A stretch of DNA of 64,000 nt from Chiloscyllium plagiosum (Eukaryota), in assembly GCF_004010195.1 (NCBI RefSeq), contig NC_057759.1, positions 7,303,593 through 7,367,592 on the forward strand, given 5' to 3'. How positions within the stretch are numbered: position 1 is the stretch's first letter; every line of letters starts with the position of its first letter. The notes beneath the pieces are model-generated. The model was not told where the DNA came from. It worked only from the letters and a program-made list of their open reading frames with translations, and did no database searches. The position numbers and the translations under genes are program-made. Positions 51,562 to 64,000 of the stretch are shown in pieces.

Positions 51562-54500
51562 TGTTACGAATGTGTGGACGTATACTGCACCTTAAAGAGA
51601 GTTGAAAAACTAGCAAGGACTGACAAAACACAGAAACTCCTGAACAAGGCAACAATGGAACACTTGTTCGAAACAAATAGCAGCAGCTTGTATTGCAATG
51701 GGGAAGAAAACAATTTTAAGTTCGGCCAATCAGTTTAAATTATGCCCCAATATATCAAAATCAAATCAGTGTTGAATTTATTAGTTTGATAATGTTAAAA
51801 CTAATGGAACGATCAAATATTTTGGGCCATGAAACCAGACATTTTGAACAATTACGGGGAGAACTGCCAAAGACCAACATTTGCAACTGCTAACTGAAGA
51901 GCTCCCTGAAAGGTATCCTGATTGTGGGGAGTTTCTACAGCAGGCATCGAGGCTGGCTTGGAGAGAATCTACAGAGGAAACTCTGCAAAGGAGATTCGGC
52001 AAAGCTGTTTGGTTTTGAAGCATGCTTATTTTTTGTATATCTTATTCGGGATTATTTGTTGAATAAGTATTGTAGAGTGGGAGGAAAAAGATAAGTATTA
52101 ACGGAAATGAGATTTAATTGGTTGTTGGTTTTAATCTTCTCTATTGGACTAACATAGAGTTCTTCATTTTTACTTTAAATATTGACCTCTTGGAAAGTTA
52201 TTTAACTCTTGAAATTTAACAGATTATAGCAAGGGTGAATCTTCTCTGTACCACTGTTTTAAATTAGCAAAGCAATTGACCCCGTGTCGTAAAAATTTGG
52301 GGCGCTTTCGTCCCCGATAAGGATAGGTTTAGACAGATTTGAATAGATTTTGGTTATGGTAGATTTAAACATTTGCAGCTTTGTGTCCTGGATCATTTAA
52401 TAAAACGTAGGTGAGATAATTTATTTAATATCGGTGAATTGTGGTTGGTTAAATTAAAAGTGAAAGAAATAAACCTTAAATTCCTTAAAAAGTTTCTGAA
52501 TTTGTAGATAATTCTCAAATTTGCCGGAATAGTTTAGAAGGAAAGAAAGAGGTCATAGTTTTGGAATTAGCAATTAAGTTAGGTTTGGCTTAACCAAGGA
52601 CAAAAGTAAAACTGAAATTGCTGGTGAACAAGTGTTGGTGCTTAACACAAGCCTCTGGCCAGAATTGCATGCTGTCAGAGATAGAAGTTGGGTGAACTGG
52701 AGATCCCTACACTACGTAACAAAGAGTAGACAATACTGTCAAAAGTTTATCATAGATTATAAAAGAATCCCAAGAGTGTAGAAAGGAGGTGAAGCGCCTC
52801 AGGTGTTTCCACTGTAAATTTGAACTTGAAAAGTTGTGACTTCGTTGGGAAACTCATGTTAACAATATGGCGTTTAAACGAGAAAGTAATGATACCTACA
52901 AATATGCCACATTTTGATGAGAAAGATGTTGAAGTTTTCTTTATTTAATTTGAAGATTTAGCTGGACAGATGGAGTGGTCTGAAGATTTTTGGGTCAAGT
53001 TAGTTAAGACTAAACCGGTATGGAGAGCTAGAGAGCTAATCACCACACTGTCAGATGAAGGGTCAAGAGATTATGAAGAGGTCAAACAGGATACTTTACG
53101 TGCTTAAGAAATGGTACCAGAAGCATATACTCAGCGGTTCAGAAAAAAAAGGAGGCAGGTCAGAAATATGCTGAGTTCGAAATAATTAAACATAGTCATT
53201 TTGATAAATGAGTGCGTGCTTTAATGATAGATAGGAGTCGGAGCCTTTAAGAGAGATTATTATGCTGGAGATGTTTAAAAACTCACCTCCAGAGATGAAA
53301 GGAATTCACATGTAGTAACAGCAAGTTCCAAAAGTGAGAAGGGCGGCAGAATTAGCAGGTGAACAAGTGTTGGTGCTTCACACAAGCCTATGGCCAGAAT
53401 TGCATGCTGTCAGAGATAGAAGTTGGGTGAACTGGAGATCCCTACACTACGAAACAAAGAGTAGACAATACTGTCAAAAGTTTATCATAGATTATAAAAG
53501 AATCCCAAGAGTGTAGAAAGGAGGTGAAGCGCCTCAGGTGTTTCCATTGTGGTAAAGTGGGGCATGTAAAGTCACAATGCTGCTCGTTAAAGAAAGGCAC
53601 TGTGGGAAAACATGTCATAAATGAAGCTAAGCCAGTAGCAGAAGTGAAGGTAATAAAGGAAGTCCCAAGAAGATCTGAGAAGCTGCAGTAGAATTCACAG
53701 CCCAGTCAGGGACTGTTTATAGAGTTATTTCCGGATGCCTATTAAGTATTCACCTCTGTGAATAAAGTTTATTCAGAAAGAACAGGAAGAGAAGGGCAAG
53801 AATATATACTTTGGAGAGTTACAGGATCTAATTAGTTGCTGATAATAAGTGATGAACGATATTTCACTTGTACTGATCTGTTACGCAACTTGTGGTAAAT
53901 TGTTGGAGAGGTGGACGGAAATTTAGACTTCGCTGTGGAAGATCAGTTGGCGTGCCAGCTCAAGTCTGGGGTAGAAACAGTGGGAGTGGTTGATAGAGTA
54001 TCGGTTCCAGGAATTCAGTTTCTACTTGGGAATGATTTAGCAGGGTCTAAGGTGGGAGTAACATTCCTTATTGTGGAGAACCCCAAGGAACAGCAAGGAA
54101 CTGATGAGTTTAAATAAAAATAAACTGGTATTTTCCTAAACTGTGCTGTAACCAGATCTCACTATCAAAAGTCACAACACGAAGCAAAGAAAAACTAAAG
54201 TGAAAGATAAAAGAGTTGACGTTCAATTTGCGGACACCCAGTTTGATGCAGGAAAGACCTGAAAAGGCAGAGGGTCAGTCAGAGGTGTTTAGTCTTAAAA
54301 GGCTAAGGAGCTTGCAAAAGAAAGACAAAACCATAAAACATATATATGTGGATGCATACTCCATAAAGGAGGCAGAGGATATTCCGGAGGGTTATTATTT
54401 GAAAGATGGAATCCTAAGACGGAAATGGAGACTACAGTAGGTTATTGCAGACGTGAAATGTGCCAAAATGTCCCAGATGGTGTTTCCATACAGACTGAAA

Positions 54501-55905
54501 GTGCTTTGGGTAGCACATGAACTACCCGTAGGACGTCACCAAGGGGCGCAAAAGTCTCAGGCTAAAGTACCAAAATATTTTGATTGGTCTGGAATGCACA
54601 AGGATGTGATTAACAGGTCTTAGGTCTTAACCACCGCACCAGCTTTAGCTGCAGAAATCTTTTCAAAACCCTCTAAAGTTGCCTTTGACTTATTGACATT
54701 GGTGTTGGACCGGTAGTGCTACAAGAAGATGATGATGAAATTGAACTGCTAGTTGGTTACTTTTTGAATAAACTCAATATCCACTGGATAAAATACTCCT
54801 CAATCGAAACACAATAATTGAGTTTGGTACTGGCCTTACAACATTTTAATGTGAATGTCACGATCAATGTGTTAGAGACACTCATGTACATGGATCACAC
54901 TCCTCTTACGTTTTTGGAACGCGTTAAAGACAAGAATATAAACAATTTCGTTGGAGTCTTATGTTGCAGACTTTTGATTTACATATAGTACATGTTTCTG
55001 GTCATAAGAATGCACTGACAGATGCGTTATCCCGGATTTAACTGATAAGGTACAGATAAGATTGGTATTGATTTAATGTTATATTTACGTGAGAAGAACT
55101 TAATTAAAGTCATATGTAAGTCATGCTATTGTGGTAAGGAATACGGGAAATAAACTACGCCATCTTTTCATAATGATGCTTCATTTTTATCTTCAGTGGG
55201 GGAGTGTTATGAAGGTGTGGATGTGTACTGTACTTTAAGAGAGTTGAAAAGCAAGCAAGGACTGACAAATCACAGAGACCCCTGAACAACTTAACAGTGT
55301 AACACTTGTTCGAAACGAATAGCAGCGCAGGGTTGCCGTGGAAATAAAACAAATTAAAATTCGGCCAATCGGTTTACTTTATGCCCCAAGATACCAAAAT
55401 CCAACTAAATTTAATTTTAGTATTTTGATCATTTTTAAAGCAATGGAACGATTCGTAGTTTTGAAGTATAAAACTGGGCGTGTTGAACAGTTATAGGGAG
55501 AACTGACAAATATCAACAAATGTCGGTTGCTCAATGAACAGATCTCTGAAGACTACCTTTCTGTGCCATGTTTGCGCAGCAAAGCACAAAGGCTGATCTG
55601 GATGGAATCTACAGAGGAAAATCTACAAAGGACAATCAGTAAAGCTGACTGGTTTTGAAACGTGTAAATCTTAATCAGAATGTTTTAAAATCAAGCTAGT
55701 ACTGTAGAGTGTGTTGTGGGAAATATGTTTTAGGAGAAAGAAGCTGTAAATAGATGCTGTTTATAATTTTCTCTGTTGCACTTTAAGAATAAAGTTGTTA
55801 ATTTTTACTATTTGTCTATCGAATTTCAACAGATTATAGCATGATGCGATTATTTTCTGTGTGGCTGGTTGAAATTAGCAGAGCGGTTTGCCCCGTGACT
55901 TAAGA
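51562..55905 (+). mobile_element. Gmr1-like Gypsy element B (same family as A), internally deleted (no IN core or RT), nested in C
   Basis: LTRs at 51562-52294 and 55205-55905; PBS-like ttggggcgctttcgtccccgat; VPEAYTQRFR...REIIMLEMFKNSP; CFHCGKVGHVKSQC at 53539-53580; VTGS protease relic; WSGMHKDV joined at ~54615 to LTTAPALA/RNase H; PPT agtgggggag. Confidence 0.92.
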
Positions 55906-56414
55906 CTGCTCATGAGATTGTAATAATCTTTCAGATAATTTCAATTTTGTTCTGGAGTGTAACTCAGTAATTTATCCCAATCACTGAGAACGTCCTTATG
56001 AATGAACTTAATTTCACGATTGCCCAATTCATAAAATTTCGCCCTTGATTTGAATGCATCTCTGTAATTAGTTCACATCCATTTAAACAGAAATATTTAA
56101 ATTTTCTACAATCCGTTCAGCCGTGAAATTGTATAATGCAAATCTCGTGTACATATTCATTACGGTCACGAAATGCTGATATTTTACGTAGGGTTCCTGC
56201 ACAACCAAATATCACTCCTGGAAAGGTTTCTTCAAAGCGGGAATGCGTATTAACGCTGCTGGTTTTATCATGGCCTGCAATTTACCAATTATCTGGCATG
56301 TATGGCGTGTCCAACAACATTCAACCATAATCTTATTCAATTCAGGTTAATAAAAATGTCGTTGTATTTTGGCTTCAGTTTTGTTAACTATCAAATGACG
56401 TAATACTGGTAACT

Positions 56415-58380
56415 ATGAAGTTATCAGGCGTGAGAAAGCCTTAATAGATTGAGTAGAGTTACTTAAACGAATGATAGTGGATAGGTAATGGCAAGCAATT
56501 AAGGAACGCGTGGTGAAACTGCAACAATTGTTTATTTCTGTCTGGCATAAGAAAAAATTGGGTAAGATGCCAATTCGTGGCTTACAGAGGAAGTTAGAAA
56601 TATTATCCAATCCAGGGAAGAAGCATACAGATTGCACAAGAAAAAGAAATAACACGTCTGCCGATTGGGAGAAGTTTGGAATTCGATAAAGAAGGACCAA
56701 GGGATTAATTAAGAAGCGGAACATACAGCATGAAAGTAAGCTTGAAGGTAACATAAAGATTAACACTTAGAGTTTCTACAGGCAAGCAAAGAGAAAGTGG
56801 TTGCTGAAGACAAATTTAGGTTGTGTAAAAGCATAATTGGAGGAATAGTATAATAGAGGACAAAGAAATGACTGAGCAAATGAATTCTTAATTTGGTACA
56901 AATTTGATACCAGAAAAGTTGTAGAATGCTATATTTTATGAACGGGAAGAACTGAGGGAGATCAATATTAGTTGGGAAATGGTGATAGGAAAATTGATGG
57001 TTTTGACGGTGGATAAATCCCAGGGCCCGGTCATCTACATTCTAGAGTACAACATGAAGTGGTTCTATAAATAATGCATGCATATAGTATTCTTCCAGGA
57101 TTCTATAAACTCTGCAAGTTTGGAAGTTAGCTAATGCCGCACCAATACTCAAAAAGGGAGGCACAGGAAGAAACAGAAAACTATAGCGCGGTCAGTCTAA
57201 CATCAGGAGCGTGTAACATTCTCGAATCCATTATCAAGGAACGAATAGTGGAACATTTAGAGAGCAATGATAGGATCGGACAGAGTCAGCATTAATTTAC
57301 GAACGGGAATCCAGGTTGACAAGTCTGGTGGAATTATATAACGATGCAATTGGTAGTGTTAGCAAGAGGTAGGCAGACGATGTGGTGTGTTTGGACTTTC
57401 AGAAAAAATGTTTAAAATTCCACATAACAAATTATTGTGCAAGATTAAAGTGCTTGGGTTTGGGAACAATGTATTGAGATGGATAGAAAACAGGTTGGCA
57501 GAAAGGAAACAAAGAGTAGGAATTAATGGCCTTTTCAAATTGGAAAACAGTAACTGGGGGTTTCACACAGGGATCGGTGCAGAGATCCCAACTGTTCACA
57601 ATTTCCATTATTGATTTGGATGAGGGAACAAATTGTACCTTCACAAAGTTTGCGCACGAATCCAAGTTGCATGGGAACGTGAACTGTGACAAGCATGCAG
57701 AGATCCTTTAGCATGATCTGGACAGATTTGTAGAGTGGGAAACTCAATGACAGATGCAATATAATTTGGATAAATGTGTGATTATTCATTTTGGAAACAA
57801 AACCAAGAAGGCGCATTAATCCATGAATGGTTGTATGTTGGGAGAGAGCAGTGTGCCCTTCTGCTGAAGGAGCAGAGATGTGTTTTTGCACTTACGCTGA
57901 ACCTCACTGAAGCCACATCTGGAATATTGTGTGCAGCTTTTGTTGCCTTTTCTGAGGACCGATGTTCTTTCTCTCGAGGGAATGCAGCGAAGTTTTACCA
58001 GGCTGATTCTGGAGATGGTGAGATTGATGTACGAAGTGAAATTGACTATGTTTGGATTGCTTTTGCTGGAGTTCAGACAAATCAGGGGTATCTCTTTGAG
58101 ACATATGAGCGTAGCTAGGGTAGAAGTAGGGAGGATGTTACCGATTTTGGGTGCATCCAGAACCACGGGTCAATGCCTGAGCATTTGGAGTAGACTATTT
58201 CGGACGGAGATAAGGAGTCATATCTTCACGCAAAGAGTGGTGACCCTGTGGAAGTCACTGCCATAGGAAGTAGTTGCTATCAAAACATTGAATGAATTCA
58301 AGAGCCGGTTAAATCTTGCACTTCGGGTGAATGGAACCCAAGCTTATGTGGAGCCTGCAGAATGTGGTTACTGATTTGGA
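56415..58380 (+). mobile_element. CR1 LINE ORF2 (linker-RT-3' UTR), decayed
   Basis: KIPHNKLLCKIK...WIENRLAERKQRVGING; QGSVQRSQLFTISIIDLDEG; IFTQRVVTLWKSLP. Confidence 0.9.
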
Positions 58381-60714
58381 CAAGAGATTTAAACCCGATA
58401 AATCCATCAATTTGATATGACTGAGATCAGACCATTCCCAAATTAATCCGAAGGTAGTCTAGACCCCAGTTTATCTTTCCTTATTTCAAAGTTTCAAGCA
58501 ACTTGTTGAATTTCAGATGCATTTCGATTGATAAAACTACTCGTCGTTAAAAAAATGCAGTTTTTTTTATCTACAGTTAAAATAGAACAAAAGAAAAATA
58601 AAATACAAGAAGTAGAAGAGATGTAACTCAATCGAAAAACTTAACAAAACAATAGCTAAAGTAACTATTTCTAAGTTACTTTTCCAAAATAGAAACATTT
58701 CATAAACTCATCCTTGAAAAAAAAACAAAGGCAGGTAAATAGCAATTCTAGCAGCCCAGGCAGAAAATTACCAATAAATAATTCGGAATAGAGGAGCAGG
58801 AAAATGCAGCTTCCAACCCTGTTGACTGATGACAACCAAAACGAAAACTTTTGGTTCTATTGGAGACTGATAGCACCCATTCAAGCTGTTTAAATCGCTG
58901 CACGGTAAAAAGAACATCAGACTCCCAAATAGTTTATTAGTTTTTAATAGACAGTTCAACACAACTGCCTTGACATCTCTTTTCAAAAAAAGTGTATGAT
59001 ACACGTCTTAAAGCCATTCTATCATCATGTCTGTTTTCCTGACTAACCTTGTAACAGGTCTTATCACCTTCACAGATATGTGGACAAACACTCAATATTC
59101 TTCTGTTAGTCTGAGTTTCCTAGTCTCCTGCCATTCACTGAATACTGCAATGTCTTCTCACTTATCCGGCGTGCACCGCCCCAACAGTTAATAGGATTCA
59201 GTTTCATTTGCCATTATTTCGTCATTGTGTTGTTGGTTTGCTTGTGAAACAGAGAGACGGGCGGTCAGAAAATGGCAGGGGCACAGTTGATGTTTCGAAG
59301 ATCTAAGATGGTTACTCTGGCAGAATTAATTGACTCGCAAATGTAAAGAAACCAGTTTGATCCCCATTGACAGGATATACGCACTGGAGGGCAACAGCAC
59401 CCCAAGTGCTGCTGGTCCTGAGAAATCTCCAGCATTGATTTCAGCCTTTAAACTCATAGCTTCAGCTCAAGCATAGAAAATGGAAATTTGTCACTGATTC
59501 AAGTCTACACTGGCCCATCCCTATTACACAACATAGGCCACAATATGAAGAGTCGCACTGAAACAGAAAATGTCGAATGACTTAGAATCAATTATACAAT
59601 AATGGATATTTACTGCACAGGGAAAAGACATGTTGTCCCATCCAGATGTGCAAGTCGAAAACAAGCATCTCACTATTATTTTCATTTGTCACTAGATATG
59701 GGCATCGTTAGCTTTGCTGACATATATTTTCTCTCCTAATTGCCCAGACGGCATTTGTAAGTCGACCAAATCACTGAGGCCTGAAGTAACGTGGAGTGCA
59801 GATTTGAATGAAGGGAGCAGTGAACCAGGTGAGCATAAGTGGTTTCTTGGTCACCATTAGAGCCTATACTTTAAAAAAATTCCAATTGCACCGTCTGCCA
59901 AATCCTGATTTGAAACTTCAGACCTAGAAATTTACTTGGGTATCCAAATTAACAGTCCAGCAATAAATGTGCGTGGCTATGATCTATCCAATAATCCAAT
60001 CACATTTTCCAATACTTGACACACACAGTTTAATGTCTATGAATCAACAACTTCGTCTTGAGTTATGGTTGATCAGTTTAACTACGTTCTCATTCAGTGG
60101 TGGAGCAGTCTCGATGGTCTACGCCGTAAATGACCTCTTTGAGGTAGAGAGAGTTAACCTAAAAACCATGTTTGGTCTGACCAAGTTCTCATAAAACGTC
60201 AGTGAGGCATCTCTACTTCTGAACTCCAATTCTCATGTCGTGAAGGGCAACACAACATCAGCCTCCTTCGGGCTTGTTGCAAATCAGGCGGTGAGTAAAA
60301 TGTTGATTCACAGTGAAAACACTGATTCCAGGCAGCTTGACACAGAGCAACAGACATAATGGGGACTGGTTCCGGTTCAGAGTTAAATATTGAAAAAAAC
60401 AATCACAGCAGAACATGATAAATGGTTAACAATTATGAGATAACTGGCGATGGAAGGTGAGAGATGTACGTTATTAATGACTTCTAGCAAGGCAGTGAAC
60501 GTACTGTTGCCAAAATTGTACGCATCAGAGCAAATGGTGGAAAGATACAAACTTTATAAATGTGCATGGTTACGATCTACCCAATAATCCAATCCCATTT
60601 TCTAATATTTGACGCACACACTTAAATGTCCATGAATTACAAGTTCATCTTGAGTTAAGGATCATCAGTTTAATCACGATATCATATAGTAGGAAATATA
60701 TGGTAAGAGGGATA

Positions 60715-61505
60715 CAAACAGTAATTAAAAGAGATATTGATGCTTTAAGTGAGTGGGAAAAAGTTAGCAGATGGTGGGAAGATGTGAGGTAGATCATTTT
60801 CAAATGGGAGAGAAAAAGAACAGAATATTATTTCATGGGAGAAAGATGCAACCCAAAGGGTCCTGGGGAATACTGCTCATGAAACACGGGGCGGATGGAA
60901 ATCACGAAATTTAATGGAATGTTATTTCAAAAGGGAAGTTCTTACTGTGACTGTACAGGTGTTGGTAAGACCACGTCTATGAGCAATTCTGCTCCTGATA
61001 TTAAAGAAATGATGTCATTTCATTGGAGGCAGTTCAGAGAACGTTTACAAAGATGTGGTTGGTACGGACGGATTATTTTATGCCCAAAGGCGAAGCAGTT
61101 GGGACTGTACTCAATGGACCTCAGAAGTCTGAGAGGTGATCTCACATGAAACATATGGAATTCTTAAGGGATATGAGGGTGTAAATGCGGAAAGGTATTT
61201 CCCGTAATGGGCAATCGTGGGCCAGAATCTCAGAATAAAGTAATGCAAATTTAAGACTGAGCTTAGAAAGAATGCAGTTTTTTTTTCTCTGAGAGATTTG
61301 TGAATGTTTGGAACTGCTTGTTATCGAGGGTTGTCGGGATGAGAATCCTTGTGTGTCGTTAAGACTGAGAGGGAGATTTTTGGTCAGACGGGATGTCAAT
61401 AGATACAGAAGAAAAGGATGCGAGGAATGGCAGCACAATCATGATCCTGTTGCTGATCAGTGCAAGTTTGAGTGCCCGACTGCCAACTGCCACTTTATCA
61501 AATAT
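60715..61505 (+). mobile_element. Old CR1 3' region
   Basis: LGLYSMDLRSLRGDL and 3' UTR-like sequence. Confidence 0.75.
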
Positions 61506-61639
61506 GGTCTTTAACTCGTCCATTTTAGGAATTGAAAATTCATTGGTGGTAACGTTGTACATTGGACACCAGCCACGAAGCCAACTGAGCGAAACAATCC
61601 TAACATCAATACAATAGAAATGAAATCAAGATTGAATAC

Positions 61640-64000
61640 AACATCGAACATAGAACTTGAAAATTGGAGCACAAAACATGACCTTCGGCCCAAGATGTTG
61701 TGCGAGAATGATTGCTAATCTAAAATAAAATAACCCAACGTATGCACCCATTAATTCACTGCTGTCCATGTCCATGTCCAGCGGTAGCTTAAATGTCCCT
61801 AATGACTCTGCTTCCACCACCACTGCTGGCAACACAGGCCATGCATTCACAGCTCTCTGAGTGAAGAAGCTACCTCTGATGTCGCTCTAACATTCCTCCT
61901 AATGTCTTAACACTATGAGTCCTCGTGCCAGTCCATCCTGGCCTGAGGAAAGGTCTGTGGCTATTGACTCAGTCCATGCCTCTCGTTACCTTGTATACCA
62001 CGATCAGGTCTCCTCTCATCCTCCTTCTCTGCAGAGAGAAAAGTCCGAGCTTAGTCAACCTTTCTTCTTAAGACAAGCCCTCCATTCCAGGTAGCATCCT
62101 GGTAAACTTTATCTGCACCTTCCCCAAAGCATCCGTATCTTTCCTGTAAGACGGTGTCCAGAAGTGGACACAATATTCCATGTGTGGTCTCACCAGGGTC
62201 TTGTAGTGCGACAGCAAAACCTCGTGGCTCTTAAACTCGATCGTCCTCTTAAGGAAAGTCAAATACCATATGCTTTCTTAACAACCCTATTCATTTGGTT
62301 GGCATCTTTGAGGGCTCTATGCACTTCAACACCAAGATCCCTCTCTTCCTCCATACAGGCGAGAATCCTGTCTTTAAATCCTATATTCAGCACTCAAGTT
62401 CGAACCTTCGAAACTCTATCACTTCGTATTAATCCAGGCTGAACTCCATCTGCCATTTCTCGACCCAGCTCTGCAATCTGTCTATGTCGCACTGCAGCAT
62501 GAAATAGCCTCAATACTATCAACGGCACCTCCAACCTTTATGTCATCAGCAAATTTATTAAGCCATCGCTCAACATCCTCATCCTAGTCATTTATAAAAA
62601 CTACAAAGAGCAGAGGCCCAAAACAGAGCCCTGCGGGGCACCACTCACCACTGACCTCCAGGCAGAGTACTTCCCATGGACAGCCACTCTCTGCCTTCTG
62701 TCAGCGAACCAATTATGAATCCAGACAGCCATATCTTCCTGTCTCCCATACTCCTGACTTTATGAATGAGCCTTCTTTGGGGAACCTGATCAAATGCCTT
62801 ACTGAAGTCAACATGCACCACATCCAACGCGCGACCTTCATCGACCTATCTCGTCACATCCTCAAAGTGCTCAATAAGATTTGCGCGGCATGACCTGCTT
62901 GTCACAAAGCCACGCTGACTGCCTTTCATCATGCTATGCTTTTCCGAATGTTCATGAATCCTTCCCCTCAGAATTCTTTCCAAAACCTTGCTTACCACAG
63001 ACGTAAGACTGACTAGTCTCTAATTGCCTGGGGTTTCCCTATTCCCCTTCATGAAAAGAGGAACAACAGTCGTCTCCCTCCAATCCTCCGGTACAACTCC
63101 CGTGGAGAATGAGAAAGCAAAGATCTTCGCCAGTAGCGTCGCCTCCTCCTTTCACACTTCCCGGAGCAACATAGGCTAAACCTGGTCTCGCCCTGTGGAC
63201 TTATCATTCTTAAATTTCCAGCAGATCGACTTCATCAATCTTGATCTGTTCAAGCCTGTTTCTCAGCTTCTCAAAGTTCTCATTCACAACAAGATCCCTT
63301 TCATTAGTGAAAACCAAAGCAAAAAACTCATTTTGGGCTTCCCCTATCGGCTCAGACTCCACTCCATGCACAAGTTCCCTACACTCCTTCATCAGTCCTG
63401 CCTTCTCCCTGATCATTCGCTTATTCCTCACGTATGAGTAAAGTGCCTTTGGGTTCTCCATAATCCTTCCTGCCAAGCACTTTGCGTGCCCCGTCCTTGA
63501 TCTCCTCAGTCCATTTCTAAGCTCCTTTCTAGTAAGCCTGCAATCATCTAACGATTTGCTAGATCCCTGCTTTCTCCACCTTACGTAAGCTTCCTTCTTC
63601 CTTTTGACGAGAAACTCCTCTGTTCTCATCATCCAAGTCTCCTTAATCATACTCCGTGTTGCCTGTCTCAGAGGAACCATATTGTGCATCACTCGCAACT
63701 GCGGCTCCTTGTAAATCTCCACAAGTGTGTTGTGCCGTTTCTGTGGAACAATTACTCTCAATCTATACTTCCCAAATCCTGTCTGATAGCGTCATTATTT
63801 CATTTTCCCCAATTAGGTTTCTTCCCTTGGTAAATGCTCCTTTCCCTCTCCAAGTCTAGGATCAATGAAAAGCAGTTGTGGTCACTGTCACCAAAATGTT
63901 CTCCCACTGCGAGATCTGACACCTGCACTGGCTCATTGCCGAGCACCAAATTCAAAATGGGCTCTCCCCTCGTCAGCCTGTCCATATAGGGAGCAAGGAA
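61640..64000 (-). mobile_element. CR1/HER1 LINE ORF2 (EN C-terminus, linker, RT, 3' UTR), runs off the window
   Basis: TRGEPILNLVLGNEPVQV...GEHFGDSDHN; ENPKALYSYVRNKR; DVVHVDFSKAFDQVP; RPHMEYCVHFWTP; 3' tail near 61645. Contains stops and frameshifts. Confidence 0.95.

Larger units (their letters stand above)
48884..59027 (-). mobile_element. Older Gmr1-like Gypsy element C, fragmented by nested insertions
   Basis: 3' LTR at 48884-49351 plus PPT-like tract; RNase H at ~49560-49980 (FSRKLNDHEQIYSA, VVYTDQ); RT at 50200-50686 and 51298-51561 (MSFGMKDMPATFQ; EWRSRIVVLPKP); RT N-terminus and integrase at 55906-56410 (DWDKLLSY; KTEAKIQRHF...HTCQIIGK...IKPAALIRIP); probable 5' LTR at 58413-59027 with a PBS-like tract. 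Confidence 0.75.

Noticed and set aside
38988..55905. Active or domesticated retrotransposon gene
   Set aside because: gag and pol of all three elements carry many stops and frameshifts; no selectively preserved ORF.
63210..63761. 183-aa ORF as a host gene
   Set aside because: It is the CR1 ORF2 linker (ENPKALYSYVRNKR) within a disrupted LINE.
1..64000. Ig/TCR gene segments with RSS
   Set aside because: The CACAGTG/CACTGTG heptamers I checked (e.g. ~9783, ~19190, ~45894, ~60309, SINE heads) lack a properly spaced nonamer, and no V-domain motifs were seen.

Overview
This is AT-rich, repeat-dense vertebrate genomic DNA. The repeat set (HE1-type tRNA-derived SINEs, HER1/CR1 LINEs, Rex1/Babar, Penelope-like elements) points to a cartilaginous fish, probably a shark; that is an inference. 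I find no intact protein-coding gene. Host-gene content is two decayed minus-strand GPR139-like class A GPCR pseudogenes (~9.1-9.9 kb and ~26.2-27.0 kb). The 39-59 kb region holds three Gmr1-like Gypsy LTR retrotransposons with integrase before RT. Element A is full-length, with paired LTRs and an AGAT target-site duplication. Element B is internally deleted and nested inside the older element C, which also carries a solo LTR and CR1 insertions; A and B show a SCAN-like gag segment. The window also has Penelope-like elements with hammerhead-ribozyme-like cores (one as a head-to-head inverted pair), two very old conventional Gypsy pol relics, several small local duplications and simple repeats. 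I do not see a clearly new biological system. The best leads are the GPCR pseudogene cluster, the nested Gmr1/SCAN elements and the hammerhead motifs. Family calls come from manual translation and recall, not database searches; boundaries of old repeats are approximate.
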